Part shown: positions 50,360 through 59,504 of the stretch, in pieces
How the letters are laid out: each line of letters starts with the position of its first letter
Numbering within the stretch: position 1 is the first letter of the stretch
NCBI GenBank assembly: GCA_049423385.1
Contig: JBMSQQ010000001.1
Coordinates: 1-64,000, forward strand
Direction: 5' to 3'
Length of the DNA: 64,000 nt
Source: Silvanigrellaceae bacterium
GTDB lineage: Bacteria; Bdellovibrionota_B; Oligoflexia; Silvanigrellales; Silvanigrellaceae
Made by a program: the position numbers and the translations under genes
Notes under the pieces: model-generated
What the model was told of the DNA's origin: nothing
Seen by the model: the letters and a program-made list of their open reading frames with translations, nothing else
The model's database searches: none

Positions 50360-51152
50360 CAGCTGGATTCGCCGGCGAACCCTCGTCTCCAAATTCAGGT
50401 GCTGCTTCATAGAACTTTTCACCGATCGTGATGATCACCGGAGAAAAAAGTTCTTCTTGCCGAAGCAAAACATGATGCGCCTTGGCGAGTTCAAGAGTTG
50501 CCATGATGGTGATGATCAAGTCGTAGCGGGTTTCGCAGTCCTCAAACAATTCGCGCAGCGTGACTTGCTGCGTCATTTCAAGACGCCTCTTGATGACAAC
50601 CATTCGACTTTGAATCGTGACTTTTTGGGCGCGCACTTTCACCGTTGGAGCGGCCTGGCTTTGCGCAAACCTCAAAAGCATTCTCTCGAAGGCAATCACC
50701 AAAGAGAACGCGTCTCCCTTGATGGGTGCGTGCAGCTTTTCATGTTCATCCGCACGGCGTGTGGGTTCACCGGTTGGAAAGACATCCCGGCCAAGAATGC
50801 TCAGCCTGTCGAGCCGTTCACATGCTTCCCGGATGGCCTCGAACTCCAACAAGCTCTCGACCAGCGGACGACGAGGGTCATCTTCAGGAATTTCCTCAAG
50901 TGACTGGGCGTCGACCAGGCGATTTTGCAAGGCAGGCACCAGCAGATTGGCCTTGATTTCGAGCAGTTGCGCGGCCATTGCCAAAAATTCGCCGGCCATA
51001 TGGAAGTCGAGCATGGGGGCATTGCGCAGAAACGACACATACTGTTCTGCGACGATGGAAATTGGAATATTGAAAATATTGATTTCCTGCTGCTTGATGA
51101 GATGCAACAGCAGATCGAGGGGTCCATCAAAATTTTCAAGACGCAGATACAT
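50319..51152 (-). CDS. scpA: Segregation/condensation protein A
   Basis: LENFDGPLDLLLHLI, AGEFLAMAA.L.EIKA..L.P, MATLELAK, QEELF. Confidence 0.93.
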   Translation of the reverse strand: MYLRLENFDGPLDLLLHLIKQQEINIFNIPISIVAEQYVSFLRNAPMLDFHMAGEFLAMAAQLLEIKANLLVPALQNRLVDAQSLEEIPEDDPRRPLVESLLEFEAIREACERLDRLSILGRDVFPTGEPTRRADEHEKLHAPIKGDAFSLVIAFERMLLRFAQSQAAPTVKVRAQKVTIQSRMVVIKRRLEMTQQVTLRELFEDCETRYDLIITIMATLELAKAHHVLLRQEELFSPVIITIGEKFYEAAPEFGDEGSPANPAVKPSPQEPVQTAE

Positions 51153-51223
51153 GTTTTTTGCTCAAATCTTGTCGGTGCGGGTAAGATACGCATTGACATT
51201 GTGTCTGGCAAACCTGTTTTCGC

Positions 51224-51706
51224 ATGGAGCCACAAAAAATGCCTAAAATAGCCCGAACTCTCGTGGGTTTTGGATTTGTCTGGATGTCCCTTTGGGCGAC
51301 TTTCGGCGCATTGATGGGTGCCAAACTGAACCAGGCATTGCTCAACGAGGACAGCAGCTGGCTCGGAGGGCTTCAACGCACGATACTGCGCAGTGCGCAC
51401 GCTCACATGAATGCAATGTCACTGGCCCTTGTGGCCCTGGGCCTGTCGTACATGGCTGCCCGACGCAGAGCAAAACAACGCACCGTGGTGTTCTGCTCAA
51501 TTGCAGCTTTGGCGGGAACAATCGTCTTTGGAATCGGACTTCTTTTGGAAGCCTTCTTTCCACCCGTGCGCGGCAGTTTGCCCTGGGCCTCCGGTATCAC
51601 CGCGATGGGAGGAGTTGTCTACCTGCTTTCAGTTGGATTATGGGGGATCATTTTTCTTGGAAAATCGCCCAACGACAAGCCAGAGGAGCAAAACGCGAAC
51701 CCATGA
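51224..51706 (+). CDS. Four-TM membrane protein with AHAH motif
   Basis: Hydrophobic helices; LRSAHAHMN. Confidence 0.6.
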   Translation: MEPQKMPKIARTLVGFGFVWMSLWATFGALMGAKLNQALLNEDSSWLGGLQRTILRSAHAHMNAMSLALVALGLSYMAARRRAKQRTVVFCSIAALAGTIVFGIGLLLEAFFPPVRGSLPWASGITAMGGVVYLLSVGLWGIIFLGKSPNDKPEEQNANP

Positions 51707-52929
51707 TGCCACCTGCGGCAGCGGAGAATTCCAACTCCATACATTCGATTGGCAATCATGACACCGCGCCTGCGCTGATGCTCGTGAGAATATCGGCGAT
51801 TGGCGACACAATTCTGGCCTCGCGAACCCATCGCTGGGCACTCGAAAAGGGTTATCGCCCATTTCTCGTCACCCATGCCAGCAATGTGTCGTTGCTCAAT
51901 TGCATGCCGCTACTGGCAGGTGCCTGTCTTGTTGGCGATCACGATTTTAAATTTCTGCTGAAGCAAAACGAAAATCCTGATTTCAAGGAAGTCGATGAAA
52001 AACAGTTTTCCGAGGCGATCCGCAGCGCCAACAAACCCACAAGTCACACCACAGCCAAACCGCTTCATCAGATCATTCACCTTGCAGATCTGCAAGCCAC
52101 GCGTCGCAGCAGGCGAACCATACAACAACTGAAAAAACGCCTTGCTCCCTTGGGAATTTCATTTCGCCGCCATGAGGTGAGCAAAATCACATTCTGGCGC
52201 GTTCTCCTCGTGGTTTGGTGTTTTCTGCGATTCAAACAACGTGCAGGGTTGAATCCACCCCTCTGGCTTCGCAGAAAGCTCAAACCCGTCTATCGACTTC
52301 AGAAAACACTGTTGGATGAATTGCCCTCACTGCCTCCTGTCGGCCGCCCGGACTCCGGCACACGGGTTTTGAAATCCCCAAGCACGGACGTGGGGCAACC
52401 GCATGGACTCGAACCAAACGACAAACATATCGTCCTGCTGCTCGGATCGAGTCACAAGTTGAAAAGTTGGCCACAAGCCCACTTCCGAAAGCTCACTGAA
52501 TTGATACTCGCGAGGACTTCGTTGCAAATCGTGTTGTGCGGGGGAAAAGAGGATCACTTGGTGGCCAACTACCTGGCGTACCTCAATCCTTCAAGAATCA
52601 TCGATCTTGCCGGAAAAACTCCACTTTCAGAGACCTTGTTGTTGATTCAAAAAGCCAGCTATGTGGTTACCGGCGATTCGTTCGGCAGCCACGCTGCCGA
52701 TCTGTTGGGTACCCCGGCAAGTGTTCTGTTTGGTGCCACGCACCCCCTGCTGGGCTTTGCTCCCGAGAGTCCTCACGTCACAATTCACCACAAAGGGTAT
52801 TCATGCAGCCCTTGCAGTCGCCATGGTCAGGGAGAGTGCAGATACAAAAATATTCGCTGCTTAACGACCATCACACCTGAAGAAGTCTTCTCGAAAATCG
52901 AGCAAGTTCTGGCTCGCAACGGTCAATAG
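51703..52929 (+). CDS. Glycosyltransferase family 9 (LPS heptosyltransferase-like)
   Basis: RISAIGD, DLQ, KSWP, DLAGKT.L, TGDS..SH.A..LGTP..VLFG.T, CSPC. Confidence 0.88.
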   Translation: MMPPAAAENSNSIHSIGNHDTAPALMLVRISAIGDTILASRTHRWALEKGYRPFLVTHASNVSLLNCMPLLAGACLVGDHDFKFLLKQNENPDFKEVDEKQFSEAIRSANKPTSHTTAKPLHQIIHLADLQATRRSRRTIQQLKKRLAPLGISFRRHEVSKITFWRVLLVVWCFLRFKQRAGLNPPLWLRRKLKPVYRLQKTLLDELPSLPPVGRPDSGTRVLKSPSTDVGQPHGLEPNDKHIVLLLGSSHKLKSWPQAHFRKLTELILARTSLQIVLCGGKEDHLVANYLAYLNPSRIIDLAGKTPLSETLLLIQKASYVVTGDSFGSHAADLLGTPASVLFGATHPLLGFAPESPHVTIHHKGYSCSPCSRHGQGECRYKNIRCLTTITPEEVFSKIEQVLARNGQ

Positions 52930-53016
52930 ACTGACGCTCCTCTGCCAGACGGTTGACTCTTGACCTTTCAAATCCGCGAAAATCAATGAAAATCAAGTCA
53001 AGGGGGTATTTGTGGT

Positions 53017-53847
53017 TTGCTGAACAATGTTCGCTGCACAAAACAAATTCAGCTCGGCGCTGTGGCATTGATTGCTGCGGTTGCGAATTTGTTTGCCTGC
53101 ACGAAAAGCAAAACCCTGCCCGCTGTCGAACAAGACACCCTGACCATCGATATGTCAATGCATGATTTTGCGAGCGATGGTTACTCCATTCTCAACGGAG
53201 GTTGGAGCGGAGTCGACTTCAAGGGTCATGTTCTGCCTGACGATCGATACGGAAAAGAAAATTTCATCCAATTCGAAATCGAGCCAAAGCAGATTCAATT
53301 CTTTACTTTGGACATTGAATCCCGCGCCGGAATCCTTCCGCTCGCGACTGCTGATGATTCAAGCAAGACAGAGTCTTCCCTGTCAGAACTCATTCGCAGC
53401 GATGCGAACGTCAATTCAGCCAACGCGTTGATGTCCTTTATAAGACTCGGTGCTTTGGCAAAGGACTACAACATCGGCACGCCCAAACCAATCACACTGC
53501 CTTTCACCATAGTGACAAATCGCGATGAGTTGCCCTATTCGCCCAAGCCAAACGCAGGGCCCGAGTGGAACCAGTTCATTCGTGACTATTGTGGCGGTTT
53601 CCAAAACCCACAGCTGGGCTTCATCTGGTTGGACGGAAACAGGAAATACTGTTTGAAAGTTTGGAAAGGCCCTACACGGCAACTGATGCGCATGCGTGCG
53701 CTGGTCAGTTTGCCACGAAGCCACACATCGAGCGCTCTCGATGCGCGGGTCAGTCCGTGGATCACCTTCACACGCCCGGTGACTCAACCCAATCCGTCAC
53801 CCGTTGTTGAACCAAATCCAACCTCAACTGAAGCTTCCAAAAAATAA
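53017..53847 (+). CDS. Lipoprotein of unknown function
   Basis: Lipobox LFAC; Pro-rich C-tail. Confidence 0.6.
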   Translation: MLNNVRCTKQIQLGAVALIAAVANLFACTKSKTLPAVEQDTLTIDMSMHDFASDGYSILNGGWSGVDFKGHVLPDDRYGKENFIQFEIEPKQIQFFTLDIESRAGILPLATADDSSKTESSLSELIRSDANVNSANALMSFIRLGALAKDYNIGTPKPITLPFTIVTNRDELPYSPKPNAGPEWNQFIRDYCGGFQNPQLGFIWLDGNRKYCLKVWKGPTRQLMRMRALVSLPRSHTSSALDARVSPWITFTRPVTQPNPSPVVEPNPTSTEASKK

Positions 53848-55329
53848 TCAGACAACGGCCCAAATTGCGGGGTCCTCTCCAAGCCAGAAAATGATGTCGG
53901 CCAATGAGGCGCGACCACGGACAAACGGAGAAAACCGAATCGCCCAGCGGAACTCCTGTGCGGTTGCCGCCCGCGACAATTCCTCGGGGATGATCGGCAG
54001 GCCAGACTTTTCCAACAGCTCGCGCATTTCATCTGCGGAAATAACCAGGCTCCTCAGATGTTGACGAGTCTCCAGCCAATGCTTTTCGAAATCTGAACAC
54101 CTGTCCTGAACGGCAACCCATCGCCGATGCTTTGCGAGATAGTCCCCCGAAAAAATTTCACATGCGCGATCGATTCCGGACTGCAATCCAGCCAAAGCCT
54201 GCTTGCGTTCTTCGGACGACAATACGGCCTCCGCTGGACCAAAATAGGGAGCGTTCAGAAGCATCTGACCAATCATCCGCTTCAAGTGATCTTCTGAAAG
54301 TATGCGTCGACCCTGCAAAGAAATTGTTTCCATCGCCAGCAATTGATCAAACGAATGCGCACTTGCAAGGCTCGCAAGCGCAACCTGCTCTCCGTGCCAA
54401 CACAAATTCCTTTTTCCCGTGAGACGCAGAAAATCGAGTGCATGGCTGATGGTGTGTTCATAACCGCTGAGTGGAGTGGTTTCTCCAGAGACAGACATGG
54501 CTATCCCGGCCATCGATAAAATAGCCGAAAGTTTTTCCATCGCATTGTTCGAAACGGGCCAATGCTTCAGTTCAGGTGCACAGTCCTTGAGCTCACGTGC
54601 AAATGCGTCCATCAATCGCCAGGCCAGTTCGTCGTAACGTTCTGCGACTCCAAACCGCCAGGCAAGATACCAATCTCCATAAGCAACAAATCTCGCAAGG
54701 AGATCGCCATATCCTGCGCGGGTCATTTCCAGCGGTGCCGACGAGAGCACAGGCGCGAACCAAAAGCAGCAATCCACTCTGCGAGACATGCGGGTGCGCT
54801 TTGCACCTGCTTCCTCAAGCACCGCGAAATGCGATGTGAATGCTGTGACCGTCAACGCTGTTGGCAACACAAGGAAAGGAACATCCTGCCACTGGAGTTC
54901 ATATAAAGCGTGCTTGACGATATCCGTGACAGAGCCACTGCCAACAACCAACACCGGCACTGGCTTCATCTGCCCCAGCCGGCTTTTGACCTGCTGAACA
55001 GCCTCGGTTGATGCATGCACTTCCTCGGGTCGACAATTTGCAACATCTGCAATCGACAAATGTTCCATTGGGATTTTAAGTACAGAAAGACTCTGGGCAA
55101 CGAGTTCATCGATTTCGAGATCATCACAACCTGAATTTTTGCTGACACCATCAGACAAAACCAGAAGCGAAGGGATATTCCGTGCAGAAAAAAATGAGCC
55201 CAGGGCCTGAATCAGTTCATGCCGGTTTCTTGAAAAGATGTTTTCAGTCGGCTCGGAAACCTGTTCCTCTGGAAGCAAACGGCTGAGCGTTTCTTTCAGC
55301 AACGTAAAATATTTGGATGACTGATTCAT
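53848..55329 (-). CDS. sn-glycerol-1-phosphate dehydrogenase-like protein (AraM/EgsA family)
   Basis: VGSGSVTDIVK, PTALTV.AFTS, AGYGDLLAR, SGYEHTISH, HGEQV. Confidence 0.8.
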   Translation of the reverse strand: MNQSSKYFTLLKETLSRLLPEEQVSEPTENIFSRNRHELIQALGSFFSARNIPSLLVLSDGVSKNSGCDDLEIDELVAQSLSVLKIPMEHLSIADVANCRPEEVHASTEAVQQVKSRLGQMKPVPVLVVGSGSVTDIVKHALYELQWQDVPFLVLPTALTVTAFTSHFAVLEEAGAKRTRMSRRVDCCFWFAPVLSSAPLEMTRAGYGDLLARFVAYGDWYLAWRFGVAERYDELAWRLMDAFARELKDCAPELKHWPVSNNAMEKLSAILSMAGIAMSVSGETTPLSGYEHTISHALDFLRLTGKRNLCWHGEQVALASLASAHSFDQLLAMETISLQGRRILSEDHLKRMIGQMLLNAPYFGPAEAVLSSEERKQALAGLQSGIDRACEIFSGDYLAKHRRWVAVQDRCSDFEKHWLETRQHLRSLVISADEMRELLEKSGLPIIPEELSRAATAQEFRWAIRFSPFVRGRASLADIIFWLGEDPAIWAVV

Positions 55330-55358
55330 GATGGTTCACCCATGCAATGCCGTGTGGT

Positions 55359-56180
55359 TCAACCCGGGCGCGCTTGCGCGAGCCTCAAACGCATCAGACA
55401 GTACGCACAAAAAGCCACAATGAGAAGTGAAATTCCACTGGAAGTCGAAAGCTGTGTACCAGGGAAAAATCCGCGCGGATCACCTCGAAAACCCTCATTG
55501 AAAAAGCGATGGGCAGATGTCAGGAGAGCAAGCCATGCAGCCGTTCGTCCGGAACGAACAGGCGAGGTGGGAGAATAGGATTTCCGCAACATCGACAACC
55601 CGAAAACGCCAATCACAAGGCAAGCAATGCTCTCTTCGAGCTGCACAGGGAAGCGATATATTCCACCATCCTGGAGAACATCGAATTTCACTGACCACCA
55701 GGGAGGCTGTGATTGATTGGCAACCGGAACTCCGTAGTCATCGCCATTCAAAAAACAGCCAATCCGCCCCACCGCGAGCGCAAAGACGCCGCCCAGGACT
55801 CCCAGATCGAGCGCCATTTTAAGATCCAGGGCGCGCCGTTTTGCGTAGATGCTGCCAAACAATACAGCGGCACAGGCACCGCCGTAAAAGGTCATCGGCC
55901 CAATCGAAAAGAGTTCCTTGAAGAATTGAAAAAACGTTGAGACCTCAAATTGCTCGACGGCGATACTCAAAGCACGTGCACCAAACCAACCTGACAGATA
56001 ACAAACAACGAACAAGTTGCTGAGAGCGTCCAAAAAAGGCTGGGCTGGGGCATGCCCAAGGTTCAACAATCGACGAGCTGCCAAAAGAGTAAAAACATAT
56101 GCCGTCAGCGCAGCCAGAACAAAAAAGAAATGCCAGGATGGCACACCCCAGCCTAAAATTTCAAAAAGGATTGGACGCAC
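55359..56180 (-). CDS. lgt: Prolipoprotein diacylglyceryl transferase
   Basis: RPILF, FGAR, MTFYGG, GRIGCFLNGDDYG, PVQL.E, RF.NE.FR.D. Confidence 0.9.
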   Translation of the reverse strand: MRPILFEILGWGVPSWHFFFVLAALTAYVFTLLAARRLLNLGHAPAQPFLDALSNLFVVCYLSGWFGARALSIAVEQFEVSTFFQFFKELFSIGPMTFYGGACAAVLFGSIYAKRRALDLKMALDLGVLGGVFALAVGRIGCFLNGDDYGVPVANQSQPPWWSVKFDVLQDGGIYRFPVQLEESIACLVIGVFGLSMLRKSYSPTSPVRSGRTAAWLALLTSAHRFFNEGFRGDPRGFFPGTQLSTSSGISLLIVAFCAYCLMRLRLAQARPG

Positions 56181-56233
56181 AAAATCTCCTGCCCGCAACA
56201 ACAATCCAGGAATTCAAACGGGCGGGCCTGAAC

Positions 56234-57853
56234 TCAATGGGTCGCGTGGGCTCTTGGCGAATCGATGACAGCTTTCGAAGCAGGTTCGGTTGCTTTTTCT
56301 GTTGTTGCTTTTTGCACCGAGACTTCCCGAGCAAATGTTGGGTTGATCGACGCCACCCAGCGCGGGCCAATCAAACCCACAACAAGGCTGGCCACCGCCA
56401 CGATTCCCACCAGGACACGAACGTCGCGCGCATCTTCACTTTCCTGTGGATTGACGGAACTGCGTGTCGCAGGCTTGAGCCAGATCTCGACCAACAGCGA
56501 AAGATAATAGAAAAGCGAGATGCAACTCAGAACCACCATGACGATCGCAAGACCAATCAATCCCACCGAGACGGCAGAGTTGATCAACATGAACTTGCCG
56601 AAGAAGCCCGCTGCAGGAGGTATACCCGCAAGACCAAGGATAAAGATGGTCAGGCAGGTTGCGACAAACGGCGCACGCTTGCCCAGCCCAGACAATTCTT
56701 CCTTGAGGAGATCCTCGCGACTGCTATCCTCAAGCCAAGCCAAGATTGAAAACATTCCCAGATTCAAAATCGTGTAGATGGCTGTGTAAGCAAGAAGAGC
56801 CTGACGAGCTTCGACACTTTTTGGCGAGACTGCGAGCGTTGCAAAAGCCAAACAAAAATATCCGGCATTGGCGATCGATGAATACGCAAGCATGCGCTTG
56901 ACACTGTTGTGCACGAGACCGAAAATCGAGCCCACGAGAATTGAGAGGGTGGCCATAATCCAGAAGACTCTTGCCAACCAATCACCACTTTCAGCGCTTC
57001 CAAAACCGTTGCCCAGGATGCGCAAAAGCACCAGCACGATGCCAACCTTGACCAAGGTGGACATGTAGCCCGTCAAGGTCGAATGTGCTCCTTGATAGAC
57101 ATCAGGACCCCAGGTGTGAAACGGTGCAACACCCAGCTTGAACGCCAATCCACAGACAAAAAGCAACAGGCCTATAACGGCAAACGGATTGCTCAAAGAA
57201 ACGTTCAAGGTTGCGAAATCGGCCCAACGCAGCGAACCGATGTTCAAATAAATCAGCGCCATGCCCATGAGGATAATTGCAGAGGCAGTCGCGCCCATGA
57301 GGAAGTACTTAACAGCCGCTTCAAGGCCGCGCATGTCCTGACGCTGATATCCGACGAGAACATAGAGCGAGACGCTCATGAGTTCGAGTCCGGTGAAGAA
57401 CGTCATGAACTCGCCCGCCGATGCCAAAATCATGATCCCTGCCGACGCAAACATCAGCAGGCAAACAAGTTCCGGACGCAACAGTTGACGACCGTTGTTT
57501 GAAATTTCAGCCATAAAAAGAGTGAACATGGTGCCAAGGCCAACAATCAGAAATGCGAATTGACTGATTTGATCTCCGAGGAATCCGCTTCCAAGCCACG
57601 CAGGCGGCTGGGCAATATTTCCTCCGAAAGATCCGGGCGCGCTCAGCAGCAACAAAGGAACAATGACGGCAGGAAAACAACTGATGAATCCAACCTGATA
57701 GGCGAGCATGTTGGGCCTGTCGGGATTGCCTTTGAAGACACCCGCGATCAAAGCCACGAGACCACCCACGAGCAGCGAAAGAATCGGCGCTGCATGCAGG
57801 TAGAATTCAAGCGGTGGGAAAACCAGATTCAAACTCTCAGTCATCACATTCAC
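56234..57853 (-). CDS. nuoN: NADH-quinone oxidoreductase subunit N
   Basis: LELMS, EAAVKYF, FKLGVAPFH.W.PDVYQG, KRMLAYSSI, GFFGK. Confidence 0.95.
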   Translation of the reverse strand: MNVMTESLNLVFPPLEFYLHAAPILSLLVGGLVALIAGVFKGNPDRPNMLAYQVGFISCFPAVIVPLLLLSAPGSFGGNIAQPPAWLGSGFLGDQISQFAFLIVGLGTMFTLFMAEISNNGRQLLRPELVCLLMFASAGIMILASAGEFMTFFTGLELMSVSLYVLVGYQRQDMRGLEAAVKYFLMGATASAIILMGMALIYLNIGSLRWADFATLNVSLSNPFAVIGLLLFVCGLAFKLGVAPFHTWGPDVYQGAHSTLTGYMSTLVKVGIVLVLLRILGNGFGSAESGDWLARVFWIMATLSILVGSIFGLVHNSVKRMLAYSSIANAGYFCLAFATLAVSPKSVEARQALLAYTAIYTILNLGMFSILAWLEDSSREDLLKEELSGLGKRAPFVATCLTIFILGLAGIPPAAGFFGKFMLINSAVSVGLIGLAIVMVVLSCISLFYYLSLLVEIWLKPATRSSVNPQESEDARDVRVLVGIVAVASLVVGLIGPRWVASINPTFAREVSVQKATTEKATEPASKAVIDSPRAHATH

Positions 57854-57901
57854 TCCCGGATCACTCTGCGATTTGCATTCAATCCATCAAACTGGGGGAT
57901 C

Positions 57902-59470
57902 TTAACGTTGCATCATCACCTTGAGGGGCTCATTTGATCCCCTGTGGATGACGAGCTCTGTTTTGTAGGCCTCTTTCGCATTGACGCTTTCTTGCAGCTT
58001 TTTCATTGTCGGCTCGGTGTGTGCGAGCATGGGCGTCGACAAAAAGCCAGTGGCAAAAACAAAGACGGACAATGTTCCCAAAACGAACGCTTCGCGCGGG
58101 GAGCAGTCAGCCAGCTTCTTGTTCTCTTCGTTGTTGAGTGGTCCCCAGACAACTTTTAGAACCAGCCAAAGCATATAAATCGCACCCAGAATCACGCCTG
58201 TTCCTGCCAGGACCGCCATCGTTGGCGAAGACTGGAAAACGCCATTCAGAATCAACCACTCGCCAATGAATCCACCGGTGCCGGGCAGTGCCACGGATCC
58301 CATGGTCGCGACCACAAAGAAAAACGCATACCAGGGCATCTGCTTTGCCAGCCCGCCGTATTCGCTCATTTCGCGAGTGTGGCGGCGCTCATAAACAACA
58401 CCAATCAAAAGGAACAGAGCGCCGGTGGACACGCCGTGATTGACCATCTGGTACAACGCGCCGGTGAATCCCAACTCATTGAAAGCAAACATACCGGCAA
58501 CAACGAAGCCAAGGTGGCTCACAGATGAGTAGGCGACGAGTTTCTTGATGTCGGTTTGCCGCCATGCGATCAGCGCACCATAAATAATGCCGATCACACC
58601 CAGGGCAATCATCACGGGGGCCGCCTGATGAGCAGCCTCGGGAAACATCGGGATGCTCATGCGCATGAGCCCATAGGTACCCATTTTCAAAAGCACACCC
58701 GCCAGAATCACGGAACCGGGAGTGGGCGCCTGAACGTGGGCATCCGGCAACCAGGTATGGAACGGGAAGAGGGGGACCTTGATTGCAAATGCAAGGGCAG
58801 TTGCCGAGAACAACCAAAGCTGAACATCAGCCGGCAGTCCGGCAGCCGTCTTGTAGAGCTCGATGAGGCTCGTCGAGAAGACTCCGTTTTGCTGGTAGTG
58901 CGCGTAGTATAGATACGAGAACGCAACGAGCATCAATAGACTTCCGACAACCGTATAAATGAAGAACTTGGTTGTTGCGTAAATGCGATCCTTGCCACCC
59001 CAGACGCCGATGATGAAATACATCGGGATCAGCATCGCTTCCCAGAAAACATAAAACAAAACGAGGTCAAGGCTCACCAGGGCGCCAATCATGGCCGACT
59101 CAAGGAACAGGAACAGCGCCAAAAACGATTTCACGTTGCTTTCAATGGAAGAATAACTTGAAAGAAAAACCAGCGGACAGATGATCGTGGTCAGCATGAC
59201 CAAAAGGAGACTGAGACCATCAACACCCACGGTGTATCGAATCCCGGTTCCTCGCGGCAACCACGCGAGGTCCTGCGCAAATTGCATGGCTGAGGAGTCA
59301 GGATTGAAATGCGCCAACAGGTGAAACGAAAAAATCATTTCGAGTACCGAGATGATCACCGCCAGATGGCGAGCCTTTTGCGCATCCTTGGTGAACGCAA
59401 CCAGAACTGCACCCAAAAGCGGGAAGAAGATGAGCAGAGAGAGAATCCACTGCGATATCAACGAGACCAT
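57902..59470 (-). CDS. nuoM: NADH-quinone oxidoreductase subunit M
   Basis: FYVFWE, KVP.FPFHTWLPDAH.QAPT, LLKMG.YG, AYSSVSH. Confidence 0.96.
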   Translation of the reverse strand: MVSLISQWILSLLIFFPLLGAVLVAFTKDAQKARHLAVIISVLEMIFSFHLLAHFNPDSSAMQFAQDLAWLPRGTGIRYTVGVDGLSLLLVMLTTIICPLVFLSSYSSIESNVKSFLALFLFLESAMIGALVSLDLVLFYVFWEAMLIPMYFIIGVWGGKDRIYATTKFFIYTVVGSLLMLVAFSYLYYAHYQQNGVFSTSLIELYKTAAGLPADVQLWLFSATALAFAIKVPLFPFHTWLPDAHVQAPTPGSVILAGVLLKMGTYGLMRMSIPMFPEAAHQAAPVMIALGVIGIIYGALIAWRQTDIKKLVAYSSVSHLGFVVAGMFAFNELGFTGALYQMVNHGVSTGALFLLIGVVYERRHTREMSEYGGLAKQMPWYAFFFVVATMGSVALPGTGGFIGEWLILNGVFQSSPTMAVLAGTGVILGAIYMLWLVLKVVWGPLNNEENKKLADCSPREAFVLGTLSVFVFATGFLSTPMLAHTEPTMKKLQESVNAKEAYKTELVIHRGSNEPLKVMMQR

Positions 59471-59504
59471 AAAACGTCATTCTCCTTGAAGAGCGCGGCT
59501 GCCT

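Noticed and set aside
51292..51702. N-terminal extension of the GT9 ORF (545 aa)
   Set aside because: Overlaps the 4-TM gene; the ATGA coupling at 51703 is the more likely start
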